A stretch of 63,312 nucleotides of DNA, filler included, from Folioceros fuciformis (lineage: Eukaryota): assembly GCA_049999805.1 (NCBI GenBank). It is 10 parts of 10 records of this genome, joined end to end, with 100 filler letters (N's around TTAATTAATTAA, not from the genome) between each part and the next. Parts side by side here need not be neighbours in the genome. Positions count along the whole stretch, not along the records: positions 10,096 to 16,139 come from JBNGIO010000904.1; positions 16,240 to 25,929 come from JBNGIO010000905.1; positions 26,030 to 33,106 come from JBNGIO010000906.1; 7 more parts are not named here. The stretch is one strand, 5' to 3'. This document shows positions 13,238 to 26,140 of this stretch, one piece after another (position 1 is the stretch's first letter; every line of letters begins with the position of its first letter). The notes beneath the pieces are model-generated. The model was not told the origin of the DNA and searched no databases. It saw only the letters and a program-made list of their open reading frames with translations. A program made the translations under genes and the position numbers.

Positions 13238-14656
13238 ATGCCGGGTGCGGCCAGCCGGTCCTCCCCCGAATTCAGGCTCGGCTCGGGCCTGGCAGTTGGC
13301 GATGGCGGCGGGTTGTCCCCCTACGGCACTCGGGTGTATCCGAAAATCGCGTACCAGGTGGAGCAGGTGAAGGCGGTGGTGAGTGAAGCTTCTCCCTTGT
13401 TTGCGCGGGATCTCGTAAGAGAGGAGGCGAGGACGGTGGAGGAATCGGTACATGATGAGAATGGCGGGCTGCGGCGGGGAGCGGAGGGGGAGGGAGGTGA
13501 GCCGGGGCTGTTGGCGAAGGGAATGCACGTCGCGGAGAAGGTGAAAATGATCACATCCAAGTTCCGGAGCTTGTTGCTGACGACGGAGCCGCACAAGGCA
13601 GAGAGGCTGCAGGCTGTGAGTTGGCACAGGAGGAAGCTGTGGCTGGCCTTCGTCGGGAGTAACGATCAGGTCCTGGTGCAGGACTTCGAGGATCCTGTGT
13701 GTCGGGAGCCTGTCACGCTGGTGCACAAGGAGAGTCAGAATGGAGTGGAAGCCGTGGAGTGGCGTCCGAATGCCGGAGCAACGCTGTCTGTTGCTTGCAG
13801 TGGAGGGATTGTGATCTGGACGGCGTCTTATCCCGGAAACATAGCTCCGGTGCGGACTGGGAACCCGGCTTTCACCGGAACGCTGCCGAGTTCGTCTGGG
13901 GCGCGGTGGGTGGTCGTTGATTTCTTGAAGGGGAATTTGCGGACGCCGGTGACCTGCTTGTCGTGGAGTCCGTGCGGGAGGCTTCTGGCATCATCCTCGC
14001 TGCAGGATTCTTCTTTCACGGTGTGGGATGTGTCGTTAGGGAAAGGTACTCCACTCAGGCGGGGGCTCGGCGGGGTTTCGCTGCTAAAATGGGCTCCGAA
14101 TGGGGACTATTTGATGTCATCCAAGGCCAGTGGAGCATTTCATCTGTGGGAAACCTACAGCTGGACCTCCCAGCCGTGGACCACGGCTCAAGGGAGCCTT
14201 GTGAATGCTGCATGGAGCCCAGATGGACGAATTCTCCTGGCTGCCTTTGATCAGTCACCAACTCTAGCAGCCTTCCACTTTTCTGCCAGGCCCCCTTCAC
14301 TGGATGTGCATTGGCTGCCATTGGATTTGCCTGGCATTCACAGCATCACGGGAGGGTTTTGTAACATTGACAAGATTGTCTGGAGCAACACTGGACGGCT
14401 CTTGGCAGTATCCTGCACTGCCGGCGAGAGGCAAGCCTCTTCAGGGCTTGTGGCCATTTATGAAGTGCGGCAGTCACCAATTGTATCTGCGTCACTCTTG
14501 GGCTTTGTATCAGCTCCAGACGGCGGGGTGAGGCCCGTGGCATTTGCTTTCCATGAAAGCAAGAAGCCGAAACAGGGCATGCTACTCTCGGTTTGTTGGA
14601 GCAGCGGATTTTGTTGCATCTATTCCCTTGTCATCGGTAGCCAACCAGCGACTTAG
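13238..14656 (+). CDS. ALADIN: Aladin (AAAS) WD40 nucleoporin, single exon
   Basis: EWRPNAG-LSVAC-GGI-IW-ASYPGN, LSWSPCGR, FTVWDVS-GKGTPLRRGLGG, QGMLLSVCWSSGFCCIY match plant Aladin. Confidence 0.92.
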   Translation: MPGAASRSSPEFRLGSGLAVGDGGGLSPYGTRVYPKIAYQVEQVKAVVSEASPLFARDLVREEARTVEESVHDENGGLRRGAEGEGGEPGLLAKGMHVAEKVKMITSKFRSLLLTTEPHKAERLQAVSWHRRKLWLAFVGSNDQVLVQDFEDPVCREPVTLVHKESQNGVEAVEWRPNAGATLSVACSGGIVIWTASYPGNIAPVRTGNPAFTGTLPSSSGARWVVVDFLKGNLRTPVTCLSWSPCGRLLASSSLQDSSFTVWDVSLGKGTPLRRGLGGVSLLKWAPNGDYLMSSKASGAFHLWETYSWTSQPWTTAQGSLVNAAWSPDGRILLAAFDQSPTLAAFHFSARPPSLDVHWLPLDLPGIHSITGGFCNIDKIVWSNTGRLLAVSCTAGERQASSGLVAIYEVRQSPIVSASLLGFVSAPDGGVRPVAFAFHESKKPKQGMLLSVCWSSGFCCIYSLVIGSQPAT

Positions 14657-15340
14657 GTTGGAAACTTGGAGCCTTTAACGACAATAAGTTTGACATGTGT
14701 TTGCCGTGGGAACTCGGCTTTGGTACATGTAGCGGATTGTGTTCCCCTAGAGCACATTAAAAGTAGCAAGTCTTCTGCCAACTTTTTAGGGACTCGGGCC
14801 GAGGTCAGTGATTGTTTATATGCAACGGAGTCTCTTGTCCAGATGTATATTTGCCATTGAAAACCCTAGCCCTCCACTGTATCATTTCCTTGCCCATAGA
14901 GTAAAGGGACCAAGAGTTAGGAATGTACCTGCTTCCACAATATCTCCGCTCTCCGCCCCGGGGCAGAGCTTAGTTGCAGAGAGGAGTCATGCAATAACTT
15001 CTTCCTCTCTGCCTAGGCACTTGGATCGTTGATGATTCCTCTTAGGAAGGAAGAGCGCGACTACATGAGTGCGTTGTGCAGCAGAAGTTTGGGCCGGGAT
15101 GCTCCCTTTGCAAACTCTTCAATGTACGTCACGAGCATTACGTACACCCACTGCATGTTGGTGGTACGCGGAGCTCCGGCACACGAAGACTCGGGAATCG
15201 CGCATTGGAAGACAGAGCCGGATCGATTAGCTGCTTCGAAGCAGCGAGTCTCCCCCCGGGTACCTGCAAACTTTCGGAAAGCTAGCAATGAGGCGGGAAG
15301 TAACACGCACGTGAAAGGACAAACGGATTGTTTGCTCCTT

Positions 15341-16139
15341 TTATGTACAACAGGTTCTCAGTTCACTGGTCTGCGAGTTCGCGACGCTGCTTGCTTTTTG
15401 CTCTAAGAGGTCACAGTAACCCCCACCGTTAACATGAATAACCTGGCCGGAGATGTAAGACGCATCCTGGGATGCGAGGAAAACGTAGGAGGTGGCCACC
15501 TCGTAAGGCTGCCCAGGTCGACCCATGGGAGTAGAGCCTCCGAACTTGCCCTTCTCTATCTTATCCGCAGGGAAGGAGGCGGGGATCAAAGGCGTCCAGA
15601 TAGGACCCGGTGCGACCGCATTCACCCGAATCCCCTTGGACACGAGCTGCTTAGACAAACCCTTGGTGAAGGCCAGAATAGCTCCCTTGGTGGCAGTGTA
15701 GTCCAGCAGAATAGGGTTGCCCTTATACGCCACCACGGACGTGGTATTGATGATGCTGCTCCCTTCCTGCATCCATTGCGTCCCAAGAACAAGTGAGTTG
15801 GTAAGAACGCTCTCGCTCCGTACGCACGCCATTTCTCCATTCCTCCCTTTCATCAACACTTGCTCACCTTCATGTGCTTCACAGCGTGGCTGGTGAGGAA
15901 GAACTGCGAGAAGATGTTGCTGCGGAATGTCCGCTCCACCTGATCCGGCGGAATCTCGTCTACGCTGGTGCGCACCAACTGCTCCGAGGCATTGTTCACC
16001 AGGATGTCGATGCGGCCGAACTGCTTCACCACCTCCTCCACCACGTGCCTGCATTGTTCCTCAAATCCCAAGTCCACCCCGATCGCGATCGCCTTGGCCT
16101 TGTTCTGCGTCACGTCACTCACGGCCTTGACGGTTTCGT
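15341..16139 (-). CDS. Short-chain dehydrogenase (glucose and ribitol dehydrogenase-like); 5' part lost in gap; intron 15767-15867
   Basis: GRIDILVNNA, SIINTTSV, YTATK catalytic motif, GIRVNAVAPGPIWTPLIP. Confidence 0.9.
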
Positions 16140-16881
16140 NNNNNNNNNNNNNNNNNNNNNNNNNNNNNNNNNNNNNNNNNNNNTTAATTAATTAANNNNN
16201 NNNNNNNNNNNNNNNNNNNNNNNNNNNNNNNNNNNNNNNCCTACCTACTAACGGGACGTGTTGTTCGATTGGTAGGAACGTGATTGGAAGGTAGAATTCG
16301 GTAGGGGAGGTATTGGGGCCCTTCCAAGTGAAGGAATGGTGCCTACCTATTGATGGGACGTATGGCCAGATTGGTAGGTACGTGGTTGGGAGAGTTGACT
16401 AGTGTAGGGGAGCGATAGACGTAGCTGACCAGGCTCAGAGGGGAGCAATTCCGGGGAAACCTACAACGACCGTGGGATTGATGTGGCCACGATACATGTG
16501 AGCGGGTGCCTGGTAGGATACCGTGCCCGCGTGCCCGCTTGCCCACAGTAATCCGTAGACAAATCAAATCGAATGTATAAAGGTTGAAAATTTTACTATT
16601 TTGAGAGGGTATTTTTTATTGAGTTGTAGTAGGAGCGGTGGTGGGGATGGAGCACGGGAGGGGAGTGGTGGTGGGGATGGAGTATGAAAGGGCAGCCGTG
16701 GAGTGGTGGAGTAGATGGGGTGACAAAGCTTGAGTGTTGATGCAACTTGGGCGACGAGCGGTGACGTGGTGGAGTAGGTATAGGTACACTGCACATCTAG
16801 TTAGGTAATTACTATTTCTCTACTTCTGTACGTACACACATTGTTACAGAGACATAGGATCATAGCCAGTTTGGAGCAGTG

Positions 16882-17040
16882 CTAAAGGGTGTAGAGTAAG
16901 GCCCTGGGTCACAATGGAGTCGATCTAAAGGGTGTAGAGTAAGGCCTTGGGTCACGCTGGAGTCGATCTAAAGGGTATAGAGTAAGGCCCTGGGTCACAA
17001 TGAAGTCGATATAAAGGGTGTAGGGTAAGGCCTTTGGGTG
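16882..17040 (+). repeat. 43-bp minisatellite, about 3.7 copies
   Basis: Unit CTAAAGGGTGTAGAGTAAGGCCCTGGGTCACAATGGAGTCGAT repeated with few changes. Confidence 0.9.
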
Positions 17041-17299
17041 CAGTGAATGTGGTGTCTCCATTATGTTCAGGGCAGCTATTAGGCTTAGGGTTTGGGTATG
17101 ATAATCAATTTCTCCAATTACTGTGAGCATGGAGCTTCATCACAAGCGGGGTTTAAACTTTTAGTAGTTGTATTCCTATTTTTTTTCCTTTTTCTGTTAT
17201 TTTACTTTTAAGGTATTATAATCTCGGGGTTTCGAGTGTTACAGAGCAAGGCAGGAGTGAGTAGGTTTTGAAGTAGGCAAAGGGGCATTGGTCCCGCTT

Positions 17300-19620
17300 T
17301 GACTGCTTCCACCAAAGACACTCCTTGTCTTGTGTGTGGAAAGCTATTCATACATAAGGGCGTTCGTTATCATATGGGTTTGATGTATGAGGATTTTGAT
17401 CAATCTACATAGGAGGCTCAATTTAGACATGCTTCTTCTTCTTCTTTGGTGGCCCCTAGGGGCACAAACACAAGTAACCTTCATTCCCCTTCTCCGGAAT
17501 CATGGCAATGGTTGTTGGCTCAATCTAATCACTCTTCGCATTATTTGAAGCACACTTCCCACTATCTGTCTCTTCTAGCACTTCCTGCAATGCCTTCATG
17601 ATGGCGTTCATTTGACATATCAGCTTCCTTTGGAGTGGTTAGCGCTAGATCCCCAAGATGAGGCTACTTGGGCTTTATTCCTTTTTCTTCCTAGGTAGGG
17701 TCTTTGATGCTCGAAGGGGGTGCCTCAAGCCATCAGAAGGTGGCTTCTCACCTTTGACGTTTTCTCTCAGAGATTGGTAGGGCCTTCAAGAGGAGTCTAT
17801 CTGTGCTACTAAATCTCGGTTGAATTCTGCCAAGACTTTCGAAGTTCAACCTGAGCCCGTGAAGGTGCTCCTCTAGAGGAGCCTTTTGTTGGGTCGTGCT
17901 TGGGAGTATGCTCGAGCTCTCATAAATGAACTAGTGGCTCTTTACAATGGCTCACTTTAAGGCCCTTTTTATTACTGCCTGGTCAATTTTTTATTACTTT
18001 TATCCTTTTTGTGGTGGATGATGCTCACATTTTGGGGCCATGTGATCACGTAAGCGAAGCTCTCAAGATTTTTTCCATAGAGTTGGATTGTATTGGTCTG
18101 AAGGTGAAGTTTTCTAAGTGTAGGGTTTGATCCACTTTCGTTGGATTATCTCCTCTGGTCTTCTCGGGGGGTAAAATCGCCTCCTCACAAGGCCTTCGAG
18201 GTGTGGGGGTCTTAGTAGGGCCTCTAGCGTTTGACCAAGGCTCTGTGGATGCGGCTCTTCAGGAGGACCCAGCCCGTGCGGATGACCTTGCCAATTTAGA
18301 GGATCCACATATGTCTTGTGGAATTCTTTATCATGTTTCGAACATCGTCTAGGGTGCCTTCTCCAAATAGTACACCCTCTTTGACATTTCTAGCAAGCTT
18401 GAGGAGCTTTGACAATAAGATCATGTAGGTTTTTTATGTTATAATCAGCTGCAGTACTTTTGAGTGTAACACGGGGGACCTCGCAAGGCGGCAAGCATTT
18501 CTTTCTATCTTGCTTGGTGGCATTGGTTTGTTCGCAACGGAGATTTTAGCACTAGCGACATTTCTCGAGAGTTGGGCCTTTTTGGCTCCTATTTTGGCTT
18601 TCCATTTTCTCATTTTTGATCTTGCATTTTGGAATCTTTCATCTTTGGTATCGAGGGGGGTGCCCTCCCTTTGCAAGTGTCTCTAAGATTGGCTAGGGGC
18701 GTTCTTTCTTCTGCGGCTAGGACTGCTATGTCTCAATTTTCATCTCTTCTTGTGGTGGGAATTTGAGGGCTCCGAGCTTCTCTTCTTGAAAGGGAATACG
18801 AGCAGATGCAGCTTAATATTCTTTGGGATTCTTCCATCCCTATGCTTATTTGAGCATGACTTTGTTCATGTTCAAGAACAGGTGGCTCTTAGCTCAACCT
18901 AGCATCCAAGCTTTCCGAATCGCACCGACCACTTTGTCTATTGCGATAAGGTTTCGCCTTGATTTGGTCCAATCTTTGGCCTGCTCTCTCTGCTCTTGCA
19001 GTTGCGGGGCACTTTCAGACAACTTTGGTACTCATCTTGCCCGTTGTCAGGGTGGGGATCAACATATTGCCACATATGACACCGTGTAAGATGTCATGTT
19101 TTCATTGGCCAAGGAGGCTGACTTTCTGGCCTTCAAGGAGCGCATGTAGACTCTACTTAATGGCGTTTCTCTTCGAGCTAACTTTTTTCTCATCTAGGGA
19201 GAGCAACAAGTTTTTATTGTTGACGTTGTCGCAATTGACCCCACATGAGTTACGGATTGTGAGCATGTTATGCTCAAGTCTCCGGGTTAGATGGTAGAGG
19301 GGAGTGGATTGGCCAAGGTTCACAAGTACACCCCTTTAAAAGCAGAACACATCTTATCCCCCTCGCCATTGAGACCTAGGGAGCCATGTGCAAGGCATTT
19401 TCCACGTTTTTGAAGTCTTGCGCCAAAGCGGTTTACAACAGGAAAAATGGGTTTAATCTTCCTCTTTCATATATTGTAGCAATTTTTTGATAGAGGGCTT
19501 GTGATTGTTGGCTCGTGCCATATACGGGAAGACAATGTCGGCAGTGGAGGCAACGATAGCAACCCTAGTGGTATAGGTAGACCTTTTCTCCTCCCAGATC
19601 TGTTTTAGGTGCTATTGGTA
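17300..19620 (+). mobile_element. Degenerate CRE-like non-LTR retrotransposon with a C-terminal restriction-like endonuclease
   Basis: Fragments in expected order: N-terminal CLVCGKLF..KGVRYHM zinc finger, RT FVVDDAHILG, GGIGL, CSLCSC..HLARCQGG..IATYDTV knuckle, IVDV and IPLAIET*G; many stops and frameshifts. Confidence 0.6.
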
Positions 19621-21011
19621 GTCATTAGGCTTTAAGGGGTTAGCTCGTAGTGTTCCTATCATGATTTATCTCCCTTTTAAAAGCAGATGGGTTTTTCCAT
19701 CTTGTTAGAACAAAAAATTCATCAAATTGATAAAAAAGACCAAAAAAGGGTTTTAGGAGGGACTCCATATATTAGACGCCATTTGATGACATCTTTTCTT
19801 ACTTTTTAAATGCTTTCTTTTGGTTACTTTTTAAAATGCTTTCTTTTGGGCCTCGTAGAGCTTATGACATCTCTTCATACTTGCAAGTATCACTTCACAG
19901 TGCAACTTGCTTTTGTTGCAAGTACCACTTTATAGTGCAGCTTGCTTCTTGTCCTTACAAAGACACATGGCGATCCATGATGCCATTTGTGATGTCATAT
20001 TCACCATTGCTCATAGAAATGGATAAATAGCATGGAGGGAGCAAGGGTAAACTCTTAGATATCATTCCCTTAGAATTGATCTAAACCTTGTCCTTGGTGA
20101 TTACTTTCCTACGAGAAATATGATGATTATAGACCTGACTTGCAACACTATGTTCTCTCATGTTATCATCAACTGCCTGGGTTGGGCAACTCCTAAGGCT
20201 AGGACCATGACAATCAAGAAGTACAATGGGCTATAAAGTGGGCATCGTTTTATCCCACTCGCCCTCAAAATCTATGTGGAATTGGCTAACGATTTTGACA
20301 TCTTTCTCAAAGTCCGTGTGCCAAAATGCTTGGAGGTATGGCACACGTCCATCTTTTTCTTACTTCATGGCCTATTTTCGTAAGCAATCATGTCTCTACC
20401 CTTCATAACATTTTTCAGAAGGTGTTGTGTCTGGCACCCCAGCTTGCTATCCTCCATAGTTTCCAAGCACTTTCTTCTTCTCACCTACCATCTTGTAAGA
20501 GTAATGGATTCTTTTTCACTTGAACCTTCATGTCTGTTTTGATCGTGCACTGCTCATCATAGCATTTATTCTCAGATAAAAATCTTTTGGTAATAGAATT
20601 TATGTTCTTTCGGCCTTGCGCATAAAGGGCAAGCTATTCATCCGCATGATCCTCTCACAGGTGGAGAGAAGCTGACGGTTGGCAGAGTCGAAGGACTACA
20701 AAATAATTTTATGAAGAGCGTGGTTGTCGCGTAGTCCTATGACATCCGGAAATTGTACACCACATTCCTGAAATAGCCCATCGCGGGTTTCAGCCTCCAG
20801 CTTGTAAGTATTGTGAGGCGATGCCAAAGATTAGCGATGCGTGGCCAGGAATCCGCGGCCGTAGACCCTCTCCGATAAGATGGCAGTAAGCCACTGAAAT
20901 GTCGCCAGCTGGCCTGGGCTTGCGAGCTCCAGATTTCCTCCCTTTCTTCCTTCTCCCACAAGCGCCATTTCCTGCATTGCCGAACCGGTGATTCGCCCTT
21001 CGTCAACCGGT

Positions 21012-22742
<1,731 letters not shown>

Positions 22743-23015
22743 AAGGGCTGCCCGGATCCTCTTTCTTCCCATTCGCTAGTTACCCTTGGGTGGCTCCCCT
22801 CCTCCATCCCTGCATACAGGAATTTAACACTCCATTTTGTACTCTTCTCTTACACAATTTTTGAACTGGATTATCTTCAGGCAAATAATTCTTGCCGTTT
22901 ACACTTCGCGTATTTGTGGACGTAACTGTGTTCTCAGTCTCTGCCTCCGGCCTGAGGAGTCAGGCCTTGCCCGCATATCAGCTGGCGGCTGCTTCCCAGC
23001 CAGCCCTGCGTCACC

Positions 23016-24743
23016 ATGTTACGGTCTTGGCGCCTACCGCACTCCGCGAACTTCCCTGCACGCCTGCTCTGCACGTCTCGTCAAGTGAGGTCTCAGCTTT
23101 CACCAGATGAGAAGTCCGTTGTCGCACAGCCCTTGCGACCGGCACCATCCACCTCTTCCTTGCTGGGTTGGTACTTGCGGATGCTTCAAAACCATCCCAT
23201 TAGAACCAAGAGTGTGACGGCCTGCTCCATTTACACCTCCGCGGACCTCACTTGTCAGGTGTGCTTTGTTTATCGTTGGATTCACATCGACTGAGCTGGA
23301 GCAAGCTTGTGTTTTGTAACCTCGTTCAATCTGTCCATGCTGCACTAGGGGATCTGTGCGTCGCAGGAGTCTCGTGATGGGGGATCCCTCGTTTGGGACA
23401 TGCCCAGAACCCTGCGAATGGCGGCATTTGGGTTTTTCGTGTCGGGCCCAAGCCTTCACGTATGGTTTAATTTCCTAGCCAAGATGATACCGAAGCGTGA
23501 CATGTTCTCTGTTTTCAAGAAGATGGTACTGGGGCAAACTGTTTACGGGCCCACCTTCAGTGCCGTCTTTTTCTCTGCAAATGCTCTTGCCCAAGGTAGG
23601 GATTGCAATTTTTCTACCCTGCCTTTTCCGTGCGTGGTGTCTGGGTAAACACCACCACGTGATTGTGTGCAGGAGAGACAACGAGGGAGATTGCTGGAAG
23701 GCTGCGTCGGGACGTGATTCCCACCCTCAAGAACGGGCTCATGTACTGGCCGGTGTGCGATTTCCTGACTTACCGATACGTGCCGCTGCATCTCCAGGTA
23801 TTTTCTCCCCACCATTACAGTCGATGGGTGCTGTCTTGCATGTCCTGTGGCTCATCCTGTCATTTGAGTATGATACTGGAAACTGCTATGTTAATACTGC
23901 CTCTGGACATATACGTTACTGGTAGCAACGGAGAGCTTTCGTGCAACTGAGAACCAACCTTGAGGTGGCTGACAATTCTGGAGCTCGACGCGTTCAGTGT
24001 ATTAAAGTTTTGGGAGGAGGAAGTGGTGCCACATTAGGTGATTCCATAATTGCGTCTGTAAAAGATGCAACTCCTCGCGGGAAAGTGAAAAAGGGAGAGG
24101 TTGTGAATTGCGTGATAGTGCGTACATCCATGCAGAAGCAGCGTAATGATGGAAGTGAGATAAGATTTGACAATAATGCAGTAGTAATTGTAAACAAGCA
24201 GGGGGAACCTGTGGGGACTCGAATTTTCGGACCTGTTCCACATGAACTCCGAAGTCGGTCACTGGTGAAAATTTTGACAATGGCTGAGCATGTTGCTTGA
24301 CTGACGCTCAGGCCAGAGCCCACTGGTGAGTAGATAGGTGGAGTGACCAGGGGAGAACCTGTTTCTGTTTACTTGCAATATGCGATGTGGCCAGGGCTCG
24401 TTCATTATTGCCCTTATGTGCTTTGCTGTGAGTTTGTTGTCTGTGGTATCCTTCGTTCAGCTTGCACATCGGATTCGTGATGTGAAGGTGGTTTGTGCTG
24501 TATCTTGTGTTTTCTGTTGTGTCGAGACCGAGGACCTGGACTCACCTTGTCTTATGGTTTTTCTTTCGGTGGTGATTGGTTTCGGTGTGATGGGTAATGG
24601 ACGGGTTCGGTTGTGGCGTGTCCTGGCAGCCGTTGTTTAGCAACTCTGCTGCATTCTTCTGGACAGTGTTTTTGACATACAAGGCAAGTTCAGAGAAGGT
24701 AACCGACGACAGCAATCGGAGCTCCGAAGTAGATGTTACTTAG
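23016..24743 (+). CDS. Mpv17/PXMP2 (PMP22) family protein; exons ~23016-23258, ~23349-23595, 23673-23797, 24630-24743
   Basis: [79 protein letters not shown] junctions in frame. Confidence 0.9.
23926..24300 (+). CDS. RPL14: Mitochondrial ribosomal protein L14 (HUELLENLOS-like) exon lacking its own ATG, inside the last intron of the Mpv17 gene
   Basis: tag|[29 protein letters not shown]...[34 protein letters not shown]. Confidence 0.93.
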   Translation, partial: QRRAFVQLRTNLEVADNSGARRVQCIKVLGGGSGATLGDSIIASVKDATPRGKVKKGEVVNCVIVRTSMQKQRNDGSEIRFDNNAVVIVNKQGEPVGTRIFGPVPHELRSRSLVKILTMAEHVA

Positions 24744-25464
24744 GAAGATCGTACCTCGGGGATGTTGTGGATCTTCAAATCCAGAAGTACTTGCGTCTTT
24801 GCAGGGTCAGTTCACGGATGCCTTGCTAGCCATTCTGTCCCTTCGTTTCTACTGTTTTCTTGGAATCTGTGTCGTTTTTGCAGTCACGATCAGGTGAACC
24901 TTCTTTGACCTTGTTTACAGGTAACAGGGCAAACCCGTAAGAACGAAACAGCTCTCACCACTGGTTGGCGAGTTTTCCACACTCTGAGTCTGTTCGGTGT
25001 ATGCTTGCGAGAGTGCGTAGGTTTTCCAGTGGTCCACTGAGAGTTTCAACTCATTGCAAGTTAATTCCGAGGTGTTATGACCAATCATGAATTAATATAA
25101 AACCTGAAACATGGATACTTCAACACTTTGAAGATCAGTTGTGCCCAAACAATGCTCCACACCACAAATGAGTACCAAAGGTGTTTTGCCGCTGGTAAAT
25201 CGCGGTGGTTAGGTGACTGCCCACTAGCACCTGGGCCGATTAAGCCATGGTCGGGGCTTACATCTGCTGAGAGAATAAATGATCGATATTTCCTGAGTTC
25301 AGAAACCATTAGTTGTGCTATCCAGTATCATTCAACTACACCGTGGATATAAAAACGAACTCAGGTCAGAGTCCATCCAGGAAATTGTTAGAGCGAAGAA
25401 TTAGAAGAGAGCTGCCGAACCGTTCAGTAAACATCAAGGTTAGAAATGTGCTACCTAAAGTGCT

Positions 25465-25858
25465 CTACTCCACCGCTACGTTCGATTGAACCTCTGTTTG
25501 GGAAGGACTAAGGCCTTTGGGTGAAGCAACGCCGGAGGATCGAAGCTTGTCCTTGAAAGCGAAGTTTCGATAATGCGCCTCCCCGGACGCCAGAGCGTCC
25601 CTAAAAACGCCAGCATCTCTAAGACCTTGTACAATAACCTGCAAAGGGAGTAAATACTTGCTCACATACCCACTCAGGATAACAACAGTTCTCCTCACAC
25701 GACTTGACTTGGTGAGTCGCATTCTCCAAGCGCTGCATTCCAACTACCAGAACAAATGAGAAGGACAGACCTGAGGGGCATGGATGCGAGTAAGGAGGCC
25801 CTTCCTTGTTAACTTCAAGTTCAGCTCCTTGTCAGTCCAAACGACATGCTCCCGATAC
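25465..25858 (-). CDS. KOB1: 3' exons of KOBITO1-like protein (25771-25858, 25465-25638); exact end uncertain
   Basis: [41 protein letters not shown] matches the KOB1 C-terminal region. Confidence 0.8.
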
Positions 25859-26140
25859 CTGCATGGAGCTCTAACACAGTATAAATACGTTCTAACTCTT
25901 ATAAATCAACCAAAGACGTAGTCATGATANNNNNNNNNNNNNNNNNNNNNNNNNNNNNNNNNNNNNNNNNNNNTTAATTAATTAANNNNNNNNNNNNNNN
26001 NNNNNNNNNNNNNNNNNNNNNNNNNNNNNAATTGGTACATTCTGCTTGTTCCCATCCTCCCCTGCAGGAGCGCTCTCGCCCACGCCGCCGTTGGCCTTTG
26101 CCTGTCACCAGCTTCCCTGTTACTTTAGTCTGACAGTGAC

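Noticed and set aside
19800-20600. Possible degenerate transposon coding fragment
   Set aside because: No diagnostic motif could be read.
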